In this document: piece after piece, positions 55,043 through 64,000 of the stretch
Layout: each line of letters starts with the position of its first letter
Numbering within the stretch: the stretch's first letter is position 1
Assembly (NCBI GenBank): GCA_964291495.2
Contig: OZ219871.1
Span: 1-64,000 of the forward strand
DNA: 64,000 nucleotides
Source: Dehalococcoidia bacterium
Lineage (GTDB): Bacteria > Chloroflexota > Dehalococcoidia > UBA2979
Direction: 5' to 3'
Made by a program: the position numbers and the translations under genes
Notes under the pieces: generated by a model
The model's input: only the letters and a program-made list of their open reading frames with translations
Databases searched by the model: none
Told to the model about the DNA's origin: nothing

Positions 55043-56002
55043 CTACGCGGCACGGAGTTGGTCGACCGCCCTCGCGGCGGCGGCGAGGCCGCGCTCGATC
55101 CACTGTTGCGGATCGCCCGGGCCGATCGGCAGCACCAGCAGCTCGCCGAGGCCGGTGCCCGCGAGCTCGACAAGCCGATCGGCGACCTGCTGCTCGCTGC
55201 CCGAGACGATCAGCGCGTCGACCAGCGCCTCCTCGATATTCGAGGCGGCGTCCGGGTAGCCGGCGGCGGCGAGCATCCCGGCGTAGAACGGCAGCTGCGC
55301 GGAACGGCCGAGCTGGCTCTTGCCCGCACTCAGGACCAGCTCGCGGTCCTCGCTGACGCAGACCGGGACGTGCGCGATCAGCGGCGGCGGCTCGCGGCCG
55401 GCCTCGGCCGCGCCCTCGCGCAGCGCGGGGAGCGCGCGCTCCAGCAGGTAGGCGGCGGGCGAGTTCCAGGAGATCGCCCCGTCCGCCAGTTCGCCGCAGA
55501 GCCGGTAGGAGCGCAACTGCAGCGCCGACGCCATCACCGGCGTGGAGAGCGGCGCATCGAGGCGGCCGCGCGCGGTGACGTGGCTGCCCTCGAATTCCAC
55601 CTCGCCCTCGTGCAGCAGCGTGGTCAGCACGTGCAGGTACTCGCGCAGGTGGGTCAGCGGCGTGCGCCACTCGACACCGAAGGTGTGCACCATCCCCGGC
55701 TCGTGCCCGGGCCCGATGCCGAGCCGGAAGCGGCCCGGCGAGATCTCCTCGAGCGCCCTCGTCTGCTGGGCCAGCAGCACAGGGTGCCGCGGCCAGGTCG
55801 GCACGATGCAACTGCCGAGGATGATCCGTTCCGTTCGCGCGAGCGCCGCGCCGAAGATCGTCAGCGCGTCGGCGCGCGTGCCACCCGTGGTCATCCACGC
55901 GGCGGGGATGCCGAGGCGCTCGGCCTCCTCGATCTGGGCGAGGGCGTCCCCCGCCTCCGCGGCGGAGGCGACGACGCCGATCGGCGGTGTCGGGGCGCTC
56001 AT
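55043..56002 (-). CDS. Luciferase-like (LLM) flavin/F420-dependent oxidoreductase
   Basis: TERIILG, RHP..LA, GRFRLGIG, GELADG. Confidence 0.88.
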   Translation of the reverse strand: MSAPTPPIGVVASAAEAGDALAQIEEAERLGIPAAWMTTGGTRADALTIFGAALARTERIILGSCIVPTWPRHPVLLAQQTRALEEISPGRFRLGIGPGHEPGMVHTFGVEWRTPLTHLREYLHVLTTLLHEGEVEFEGSHVTARGRLDAPLSTPVMASALQLRSYRLCGELADGAISWNSPAAYLLERALPALREGAAEAGREPPPLIAHVPVCVSEDRELVLSAGKSQLGRSAQLPFYAGMLAAAGYPDAASNIEEALVDALIVSGSEQQVADRLVELAGTGLGELLVLPIGPGDPQQWIERGLAAAARAVDQLRAA

Positions 56003-57126
56003 CGGGAGTCTCCAAAGATGATCGCGGGCTTGATCTCGTCCCAACTCTGCATGCGCACCATCGCCTCGTTGATCTCCTCGATCGGGTAGCGGTTGGAGAT
56101 CATGTCCATCCAGGTGAAGCGCTCCCAGTTGTGGGCGATGAACTGCAGCGCGCGGTGGTAGTGCGCCACGCTCGCCGAGATCGAGCCGATGATGCGCACG
56201 TGCTTGCGCGTGACCTCGCCCGGCTTGATCGGCACGTCCTCGTTGTGGAGCTGGCCGATGATCAGGTAGCGCCCGCCGCGGCGGATCATCGAGAAGCCCT
56301 CGGGGAAGGCGGCGACCACGCCGGACACCTCAATCACCACGTCCGGGCCACGTCCGTCCGTCCACTCGCGGATCTGCGCCTCGCGGTCGGCGGCGTCCGG
56401 CACGTCGGCGATGTCGATCGTGTGCGTCGCGCCCCAGCGGCGTGCGACCTCGAGGCGCGCGGCCGGCCCGCCGATGACGATGATCTTCGAGGGCCCGCTG
56501 CGCGCCGCCACGGCCGTCGAGAACAGCCCCAGCGGCCCGGAGCCCTGGATCACCAGCGCGTGGCGGTCGTCGAGCCGTCCGAGGCGGTCGAAGCCATGCA
56601 CGACCGTGCGCAGCGCGCAGGCCGCCGCCGAAGCGAGCTCGTCGGGGACGATGTCGGGCACCTTGACGCGCCCGGAACTGGGGTAGACGTAGCCGTACTC
56701 GGCGAAGCCGCCGGTGAGGTACGGGTACTCGGTGGCGAGGCCCCGCATGTAGCCGCGGCGGTCGTCGCAGAGCGTCTGCTCGTGCTCGATCACGCAGTTC
56801 ACGCACTGCCCGCAGAAGCCGTGCGTCCAGATGATGCGGTCGCCGACACGCAGCGGCTCGCCGAGCGAGTCGCGCTCGGCGCCATCGCCGATCGCAACGA
56901 CGCGGCCCGTCATCTCGTGGCCGAGGATGCGCGGGAACAGGTCGGACGAGGAGCCCGACTCGCCCTCCCAGAGGTGCACGTCGCTGGCGCAGATCGTGGC
57001 GGCGGTGTTGCGCACCAGCAGCGCACCCGGCTCCAGCTCCTGCGGGATCGGCACCTCGGCGACGTCCATCGGTTGCTGATGGCCGACCAGCAGTGCGGCG
57101 CGACACGTCGCGGGTATCTTCGCCAT
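55999..57126 (-). CDS. Zn-dependent medium-chain alcohol dehydrogenase
   Basis: ICASD, ILGHE, CGQCVNC..C, QGSGPLG. Confidence 0.92.
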   Translation of the reverse strand: MAKIPATCRAALLVGHQQPMDVAEVPIPQELEPGALLVRNTAATICASDVHLWEGESGSSSDLFPRILGHEMTGRVVAIGDGAERDSLGEPLRVGDRIIWTHGFCGQCVNCVIEHEQTLCDDRRGYMRGLATEYPYLTGGFAEYGYVYPSSGRVKVPDIVPDELASAAACALRTVVHGFDRLGRLDDRHALVIQGSGPLGLFSTAVAARSGPSKIIVIGGPAARLEVARRWGATHTIDIADVPDAADREAQIREWTDGRGPDVVIEVSGVVAAFPEGFSMIRRGGRYLIIGQLHNEDVPIKPGEVTRKHVRIIGSISASVAHYHRALQFIAHNWERFTWMDMISNRYPIEEINEAMVRMQSWDEIKPAIIFGDSR

Positions 57127-57217
57127 CCGGACCTCCTCGCGCGCCTCGCAGGGCGCAGTCGCGCGGGAACTGTAGCGCATGGGGCCGGAGGACGCGGTGG
57201 GCCGCTCTGCCCTCGCG

Positions 57218-58541
57218 CTACTGGAGGCGGCGCAGCGTCGGGAAGGCCGGGAAGAGCGCCAGCGCGACGACGAGCAGGAAGGCGGCCGCGCCGCCGATCG
57301 CGAGCTGCAGGCCGACCACCTCGGCGATCGCGCCGACGGCGAAGACGCCGAGTGCGACGAGGCCGAACTCCATCATGTAGATCGAGAGCACGCGGCCGCG
57401 GTACTCGGCCGCGACGTAGGTCTGGAGCAGCACGGTGCTGAGCGACATCCGGCCCGCGTGGGCGACGCCGATCACGGCGGTCAGCAGCGCGGCGATCAGG
57501 AACGCATCGAAGACCGCGAACGCGAGCACCCCGCTCGCCAGCAGCACGGCGCTGAGCAGATAGAGCAAGCCTCGGCGGCGCGGCGGCAGCGAGGCGATGA
57601 CGAGCGAGCCGAACAGCGAGCCGACGCCCATCACGCTGAGCAGCAGCCCGAGGTGGAAGCCGCCGAGGCCGAGCACGTCCTCCACCCAGCCGGGCAGCAG
57701 GAACATCCAGGGCATCGAGGCGCAGACGATCAGCAGGTTGACGGCGAGCACCTGCAGGATCGCGGGCTGCCGCATCGTGTAGCGAACCCCGTCGCGCACC
57801 CCCGCCCAACCCTGCGCGTCGCGGGCCGGCCCGCTCGCCGAGCGCGCGCTCGCCAGGCGCATCGGGACGATCGCGCCGATGGCGATGAGGTAGTAGACAA
57901 CGACCGCGCTGTAGAGCCAGGCGCTGTTCGCGATCACGAGCAGTGCGCCGCCGATGGCGGGCGCAATCAGCCGCATCGTGGTCATGCCGGCGGCGCCGAG
58001 CGAGATCGCGTTCATCAGCCGCTCCTCGCCGGCGATCTCGTGAATCATCGCCTGCCGCGCGGGCATCATCAGCGACATCCCCGCGCCCTGGAAAAAGACG
58101 ATCACGATCAGATGCTCGTAGCGCAGCACCCCCAGGAAGAGGAGCGCCGCCACGAGACCCGCGAGCAGCGCCTGGAATGTCTGGCCCACCTGCAGCACGA
58201 GCCGCCTCGGCACGCGGTCCGCGAGCATCCCCCCGTAGAGCGAGAAGGCGAGCGACGGAATCGCGTTGACGAGCGCCACGAGGCCGAGCCGCCCCGGCGA
58301 TCCGGTCAGCTCGTAGACGATGAAGCCCATCGCCAGCATCTGCGTCTGGATGCCGCCGAACTGCCCCAGCGTCGAGATGAAGAACCAGCGGAAGTTGCGG
58401 TCGCCCAGCGACTCGAAGGTGCGCAGCTCGCCCGCGCGGCCGGCGAACGGGAGGCGTGGCCCCCGCCCGGCGCCCGCCTCGGCGCGCTCGCCTCGAGGGC
58501 TCTCGGGAGCGGGGCTGGGCGCAACGCTCATGGCCGTCCAT
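57218..58541 (-). CDS. MFS transporter
   Basis: RNFRWF, GMLADRVPRR, YRGRVLS, about 12 TM helices. Confidence 0.9.
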
Positions 58542-58705
58542 TCGCGCGTGCGGGCGTGGCCTGCGCCTCGGTGGCGCCGCGCCCGGACGATGACGCACGG
58601 GGAGTGCGAGCGTAGCACGGGCCCCCGCTGCGAGCCCGCGCGCGCCTGCTCACAGCGCCCGGTTGCCGGATGGGCTAGGCTTAAGGCGGCAGCGGAGGAG
58701 CAATC

Positions 58706-59359
58706 GTGACGACCGACCTTGACCTCGACACCGACGTTGACGAGTACGGCCCCGAGATCTCAATGACCGACGAGGCGATCGCCCGCCTCCTGCATCTGAT
58801 GGAAAGCGCCGGCGAACCGCCCGTCACCGGCATCCGCCTGCAGGTCGCACGCCGGAGCAAGAACGGCATCGAGCACCTGCTGACGATGGTCGACGCGGGG
58901 CGCGAGCCGGAGGATGACTTCGAGCTGGACTTCGACGGGCTCGCGCTTTATGTCGATAGCGACCACGCCGACTACCTCGACGGGCTGGCAGTGCACTGGG
59001 CGTACAAGGGCGAGGGCGTCAACGGCTTCGAGTTCGACAACCCGAACCCGCGCTGGCGCGATCCGCTGGCCGAGCGCATCCAGGTGCTGTTCGACGAGCA
59101 GGTCAACCCGGCGATCGCCGCGCACGGCGGGGCCGTCGACCTCCTCGGCGTCGAGGACAGGGTGGCGTTCATCCGCATGGGCGGCGGGTGCCAGGGCTGC
59201 GGGATGGCGAACGTGACCCTGCGCGAGGGCATCGAGGGCATGATCAAGGAGACCGCGCCCGAGATCGAAGAGATCATGGACGCCACCGACCACGCGTCCG
59301 GCCGCAACCCCTACTACCAGCCCTCACCCGGCCACGGGCACGGCCACTCGCACGGCTAG
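58706..59359 (+). CDS. nfuA: NfuA-like Fe-S carrier (degenerate A-type domain + NifU-C)
   Basis: GFEFDNPN, VNPAIAAHGG, GGGCQGC, DATDHASGRNPYY; His-rich tail. Confidence 0.9.
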   Translation: MTTDLDLDTDVDEYGPEISMTDEAIARLLHLMESAGEPPVTGIRLQVARRSKNGIEHLLTMVDAGREPEDDFELDFDGLALYVDSDHADYLDGLAVHWAYKGEGVNGFEFDNPNPRWRDPLAERIQVLFDEQVNPAIAAHGGAVDLLGVEDRVAFIRMGGGCQGCGMANVTLREGIEGMIKETAPEIEEIMDATDHASGRNPYYQPSPGHGHGHSHG

Positions 59360-59394
59360 CGGCGCCCAACTGCCGCCTTCCTGTCTTGACTGCG

Positions 59395-59691
59395 GGGGGC
59401 TGCGCCCCCCACACCCCCGCTGCTGCTCCCCCCGAGCCTCGAGGGCGCGCTTCAGCCCGCCTCCCGGAAGCCCCGAGTGCGCACCTTCCGGCCCCCTCTC
59501 CCCGAGGGAGAGGGTGGGGGTGAGGGCGCTTGCCCTCGCGATCGGGGAGCAACAGCGACTTGAGGGTCCGGGCACGCCCTTCGTTCGTGGGGGCTCCGCC
59601 CCCACGCCCCTCGGAACCCTAGAGGTCGCATCGAACTTCCGATGGCGTCCGGTCCCCTCTCCCCTCGCGGGAGAGGGCGGGGGTGAGGGGG
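59395..59691. repeat. Cluster of REP-like extragenic palindromes between convergent genes
   Basis: Two CCCCTCTCCC-N-GGGAGAGGG-N-GGGGTGAGGG copies (59492-59526, 59654-59691) alternating with two GGGGCT(G/C)CGCCCC..CAC.CCCC copies (59395-59420, 59590-59610). Confidence 0.75.
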
Positions 59692-59714
59692 ACGGGCGCA
59701 GCCCGCCCAGCCCT

Positions 59715-60644
59715 CTAGAAGATCGCGAGCGGGTTGACGGGGCTGCCCGTGCCGCCCCGCACTCTCAGCGGCGAGATGATCAGCAGGAACTCGTAGCGGC
59801 CCTGCTCGGCGCACGCCTCGGCGAGCGGCTGCAGCAGCGCGTTGTCGAGCAACGGGACGCCGTAGGCGTAGATCACGCCGTGCATCGCCCACGGGTAGTC
59901 GTACTCGTTCGGCTTCGCGTCCATCATGTCCCAGCCGAGCAGCGAGACATCGTTGTCGCGCACGAACGGCAGACATGAGGCGTGCAGTCCGGGCGTCGTG
60001 CTCCCCGCCTCGCCGAGGAACTGCTCCGGGTGCTCGGCCTGATAGGCCTCGCGGCCGCTGTAGACCAGCAGCGCGTCGCCCGACCCGACGCTCGATCCCT
60101 GCGCCTCCGCGATCTCCTCGAGCTCCCAGCCGTGCACGGGGCGGTCCGTCGTCACGTAGTCCGTCCCCCGGTGGCGCGGCACGTCGAGCAGCACGCCGCG
60201 GGTAATGATGCCGGTGTCCCAGGCCGTCACATCGGCGTAGGTGACGCCGTCGCCGGTGATGAACTCGGACGGGTCGCGGCCCTGCCACGCGCCGTTCTTG
60301 TCCCAGACGTGGCAGAGCGCGTCGAGGTGGGTGTGCGTGTGCCCGTGGAAGATGAAGCCGTAGTAGTCGACGACCGATCCGCCGTCGGGCGGGCGCACGT
60401 TCTGGCGCAGGAAGTGCTGCGCCGGCACCGGGTTCGTCGGCCCCGGATCCTTCGGGTACTCGCGGCTGATCGAGACGACGCGCGCCTGCTGCACCAGCCC
60501 GAACGCCGCGAGGCGCTTCTCGTCCGTGATCAGGTTGACGGCGCCGCGGCTGTCGTCGTCCCCCCAACGGCCCCAGTTGCGCCGCTCGGTCAGCCAGGAC
60601 GTCACCTCTTCGGTCGTCGGCAGCGCTCGCTCGTCGTTGCTCAT
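59715..60644 (-). CDS. Cyclase family (kynurenine formamidase-like) metal hydrolase
   Basis: NWGRWGDDD, HTHLDALCH, RGVLLD, GGTGSPVNPLA. Confidence 0.9.
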   Translation of the reverse strand: MSNDERALPTTEEVTSWLTERRNWGRWGDDDSRGAVNLITDEKRLAAFGLVQQARVVSISREYPKDPGPTNPVPAQHFLRQNVRPPDGGSVVDYYGFIFHGHTHTHLDALCHVWDKNGAWQGRDPSEFITGDGVTYADVTAWDTGIITRGVLLDVPRHRGTDYVTTDRPVHGWELEEIAEAQGSSVGSGDALLVYSGREAYQAEHPEQFLGEAGSTTPGLHASCLPFVRDNDVSLLGWDMMDAKPNEYDYPWAMHGVIYAYGVPLLDNALLQPLAEACAEQGRYEFLLIISPLRVRGGTGSPVNPLAIF

Positions 60645-60733
60645 CGGGGCCCCCTTCCGGCCGCGCCGATGATAGCGCTCCGCCCGCCGTACGCGCCTTG
60701 ACCGGCGCACGCGCGCGCGCGCATGGTGCGGGC

Positions 60734-63205
60734 ATGGCCGAGCAACTGAGCAGCGAGGGCTGGACGGGGCCGCTGAGCGGCCTGCGCGTGCTCGACTTCG
60801 GCCAGGCCGCCGTCGGCCCGATCGCCGCCGAGTACCTCGGCTGGCTCGGCGCGGACGCGATCAAGGTCGAGTCGCCGCGCGGCGACACCGTGCGCGGCAC
60901 GAAGCCGCGGCTGCGCGGGACCGGGCACACCTTCCTCGGCAACAACCTCGGCAAGCGCGGGGTCGTGCTCGACCTCAAGGATGCGGCGGACCACGCGCAG
61001 GCGCTGCGGCTGCTCGAGAGCGCCGACGTGCTCGTCGAGAACTTCCGATCGCCCGAGGTGATGCGCCGCCTCGGCCTCGGCTACGAGCTGCTGCGCGAGC
61101 ACAACCCGCGGCTGATCTACCTGCAGAGCTCGGCCTACGGCCCGCGCGGGCCGATGCACGGCATGACCAGCAACGAGTGGTTCTCGCAGGCCGCGGCCGG
61201 CCTGACCAGCGTGACCGGCGAGGCCGGCGGGCGGCAGGAGTTCTCGCGCGGCACGGCGACGCTCGACTGGAGCGGCGCCTTCACCAACCTGCAGGCGCTC
61301 CTCGTCGCGCTCTACGTACGCGAGCGCAGCGGGCGCGGAACGTTCATCCAGACCTCGCAGCTGCAATCGACGATCGTCGGGGCGACGAGCCGCATCGCCG
61401 AGTACTTTGCGGACGGCTGCGCGCCCGGTCCGATGGGCAGCGCGCGCCCGAACATCGTGCCGGACCAGGCGTTCGCGTGCGCCGATGGCTATGTCGCCGT
61501 CGGCGTCCCGCACGACGGCTTCTGGCCGAAGCTCTGCGACGCCCTCGGCCTCCGCGAGCTGGGCGACGACCCACGCTTCGCGACCAACGCCGCGCGCGTC
61601 GAGCACCGCGCCGAGCTGATCCCGCTCCTCGCGGCCTGCTTCCGCGAGCGCAGCGCCGAGGAGTGGGAGCGGCTGCTGCACGCGGCGGACGTCCCGGCCG
61701 CCGCCTACCAGCGCGGCCCGACGCTGAGCGCGAGCCTGCTCCAGCATCCGCAGGCGATCGCCGAAGACCTCGTGACGGTGCTCGACACCCCCAACGGCGA
61801 CATGGCCAGCGCGAAGCCGCACTGGCGCTTCGGCAAGACCGAGGCGCGCATCACGCGCGCCGCCCCCCGCCACGGCGAGCACACCGCCGAGGTGCTCGCG
61901 GAGCTCGACGCCGCCGGAGCGACGAACGGCGCGAGTCCGGGCGCGGCCTCGGACGGACGGGCACACTCGCAGCCGCCGCTCGCGGGCCTGCGCGTCGTCG
62001 ATGTCTCGCAGGGCATCCCCGGGGCGCTGTGCGCGATGCAACTCGGCGACCTCGGCGCGGAGGTCGTGAAGCTGGAGCCGCCCTCGGGCGACTGGCTGCG
62101 CACGATCGGGCCGTTCGTCGAGCCGCCGAACGGCGGAGCGGCGGAGGGCGGCCTGTTCCTGCAGTTCCAGCGCAACAAGCGCGGCATCGCCGTCGACCTC
62201 AAGAGCGAGGCCGGTACGGGGGTCTTCGCGCGGCTGCTCGAGGACGCCGACGTGCTCGTCGAGGGCTACCGGCCGGGCGTGATGGAGCGGCTCGGCTTCG
62301 GCTACGAGGCGTTGCGCGAGCGCCACCCGCGCCTCGTTTACTGCTCGATCAGCGGCTACGGCAGCCGCGGCCCGCTGGCGGGCGCGCCCGCGAGCGAGAT
62401 CGACATCCAGGCGATCGTCGGCTCGAACCGCCACATCGGACGGCCCGAGGATCCCCCGCTGCGCTTCGGCTACGACTTCGCGCAGCATGCGGCGGGGATG
62501 GCCGGCTTCCAGGCGATCCTGACCGCGCTCCTCTGGCGCGACCGCCATGGCGTCGGCCAGCGCGTCGAGACCTCGATGCTTGCGGCGCTCACCGCGATCC
62601 ACCAGTGGACCTTCACGGCCGAGCGCTCGCAGGACTCGCTCGAGGGCCGGGCGTTCACGGGTCTGGCCGACCCGCCCGACTATGGCTTCGAGACCGCCGA
62701 CGGCCCGGCGTTGATCACGCTGCGCGGCGACGAGGGCGGCTGGAACGCCTTCCTCATCGCCATCGACCGCCCCGAGGTGCTGCTCGACGAACGCTTCAGC
62801 GGACCGCGCGGGATGATGGACAACCTCGCCTACCTGCCACCGGAGATCAACGAGACGCTGCGCAACTGGCCCTTCGAGGACCTGCGCCGCATCGTGCAGG
62901 ACGAGCTGGGCGGCACGATCGTCCCCATGCACACGCTCGAATCGCTGCTCAAGAGCGAGCAGGTCGCGGCGCTCGAGATGGTGCGCCGCCTCGAGGGCCA
63001 CGCCACGCTCGGCGACCTCGAGACGGTCGCGCCGCCGTGGACCTTCGAGGAGCCGTGGACCGCGCTGCGCCACCCGCCCCCCGTGCTCGGCCAGCACACC
63101 GCCGAGGTCCTCGCGGAGACCGGCTACGGCGATGCCGATGTCGCCCGTCTTGCCGAGGCGGGGGCGGTGGTGGTGTGGCAGGGCGGAGATGCCCCTTCCG
63201 GCTAG
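60734..63205 (+). CDS. Fused two-domain CaiB/BaiF CoA-transferase
   Basis: Two PLxGLRV..D domains, each ending in a (R/P)xxG(E/Q)HTAEVLAE-like motif. Confidence 0.9.
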   Translation: MAEQLSSEGWTGPLSGLRVLDFGQAAVGPIAAEYLGWLGADAIKVESPRGDTVRGTKPRLRGTGHTFLGNNLGKRGVVLDLKDAADHAQALRLLESADVLVENFRSPEVMRRLGLGYELLREHNPRLIYLQSSAYGPRGPMHGMTSNEWFSQAAAGLTSVTGEAGGRQEFSRGTATLDWSGAFTNLQALLVALYVRERSGRGTFIQTSQLQSTIVGATSRIAEYFADGCAPGPMGSARPNIVPDQAFACADGYVAVGVPHDGFWPKLCDALGLRELGDDPRFATNAARVEHRAELIPLLAACFRERSAEEWERLLHAADVPAAAYQRGPTLSASLLQHPQAIAEDLVTVLDTPNGDMASAKPHWRFGKTEARITRAAPRHGEHTAEVLAELDAAGATNGASPGAASDGRAHSQPPLAGLRVVDVSQGIPGALCAMQLGDLGAEVVKLEPPSGDWLRTIGPFVEPPNGGAAEGGLFLQFQRNKRGIAVDLKSEAGTGVFARLLEDADVLVEGYRPGVMERLGFGYEALRERHPRLVYCSISGYGSRGPLAGAPASEIDIQAIVGSNRHIGRPEDPPLRFGYDFAQHAAGMAGFQAILTALLWRDRHGVGQRVETSMLAALTAIHQWTFTAERSQDSLEGRAFTGLADPPDYGFETADGPALITLRGDEGGWNAFLIAIDRPEVLLDERFSGPRGMMDNLAYLPPEINETLRNWPFEDLRRIVQDELGGTIVPMHTLESLLKSEQVAALEMVRRLEGHATLGDLETVAPPWTFEEPWTALRHPPPVLGQHTAEVLAETGYGDADVARLAEAGAVVVWQGGDAPSG

Positions 63206-63628
63206 TTAGCCGCCCACCAACTCGATGCGGCCTGCGAAGCGGAGAAAGTCCGCACTGTTGAGCGTCAGGAGCCTGCGCTCGCCATGGGCGAGCATGGTCG
63301 CGACGATGTTCGCGTCATGAATCTGCCGCCCTCCCACGACCACCTCGCGACAGAGCGCGACCAGCGAACCGGTCACGGCGGGACCGTCCTCCAGAATCTC
63401 GAAGCGGCTCATCAATCTCTGCAGGTCGTCGAGTGCTTCATCGCGCGTGATCGTGACCGCCCAGGCCTGGGGCCTGGTCACAACGGCCAGGTACTCGCGC
63501 AGCACCTGACGGCTGATCCGCAACGGCTCGGGATCGCGGAAGGCGCGTTCCAGCCTCACCCTCGCGATGTTGTGGTTCGGGGCTTCGAGGAAGCGGGACG
63601 CCACGAGGACGTTGGTGTCGATGAACAT
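63206..63628 (-). CDS. PIN-domain (VapC-like) toxin
   Basis: MFIDTNVLV, QVLREY, QIHDANIVATM, TLNSADF. Confidence 0.9.
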   Translation of the reverse strand: MFIDTNVLVASRFLEAPNHNIARVRLERAFRDPEPLRISRQVLREYLAVVTRPQAWAVTITRDEALDDLQRLMSRFEILEDGPAVTGSLVALCREVVVGGRQIHDANIVATMLAHGERRLLTLNSADFLRFAGRIELVGG

Positions 63629-64000
63629 CAGGCGGGCGGCATCCGTTCGTCGTAGATATCCTCCCGCCTGAGGCTCAGATCGTCCGGCCAGCTCCCCACT
63701 CTACGGACCGGCCAGACCTCATCGAGGGTGGCGGCGCGAATGGCCTCGGGCTGCTTCCGCCTGAACAGCAGCGTCTCAGCATCCATATCGACCTCGGCGG
63801 TCTCCCATCCGGCGATGCTCCACGCGAGGGCTTGGCTATGGCCGTTGCTGCTGCTCTGGTTCGCCCACCACGGCCGGTGCAGGCGCGCGGACGCAGGCAA
63901 CTCGAAACCGATGATCGACTCGATCTCGCCGAAGGACGTTCTCCACTCCCTGGTACGGAGCCCGCAGAGATGTTCATACAGGCGCCGGTACTTACCCCGG
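63628..64000 (-). CDS. Putative cognate antitoxin (5' truncated by window edge)
   Basis: Frame open to the window edge: GKYRRLYEHL..SFGEIESIIGFELPASA..WWAN, ending LRREDIYDE; TGATG coupling to the PIN gene. Confidence 0.7.
   Translation of the reverse strand, partial: RGKYRRLYEHLCGLRTREWRTSFGEIESIIGFELPASARLHRPWWANQSSSNGHSQALAWSIAGWETAEVDMDAETLLFRRKQPEAIRAATLDEVWPVRRVGSWPDDLSLRREDIYDERMPPA

Overview
GC-rich bacterial chromosomal window. The gene content (several CaiB/BaiF CoA-transferases, an LLM oxidoreductase, a P450, Pro/Thr-stalked lipoproteins) suggests Chloroflexota/Dehalococcoidia, but that placement is inference only. Most of it is ordinary metabolic and transport genes: maf, an ABC exporter, gltB, a sirtuin, fabF, MMPL, a Liv-type ABC importer, citrate synthase/acs, nfuA, a tRNA(CAU) and a PIN toxin pair. 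The main result is at 13.5-18.8 kb. Six short 'ORFs' there are three paralogous thioredoxin-fold lipoproteins, each split by an in-frame TGA at the first position of the redox motif (UPAC, UPSC, UQFC). Each TGA is followed at the identical offset by the same hairpin (loop CGUG(C/A)), and one base pair changes compensatorily between copies. This points to three selenoproteins with SECIS elements, clustered with a metal-type MerR regulator, two TlpA reductases and a DUF3179 protein that carries a possible vestigial SECIS. Other notable items: a 1117-aa lipoprotein built from three constant+variable modules; an unassigned structured RNA with a pseudoknot upstream of the MMPL gene; a Fur/Zur-box-like palindrome before a Cys-tailed flavoprotein and a GTPase-less FeoB next to the tRNA; and several apparently leaderless genes. 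All family calls come from motif recognition by eye; no searches were run.
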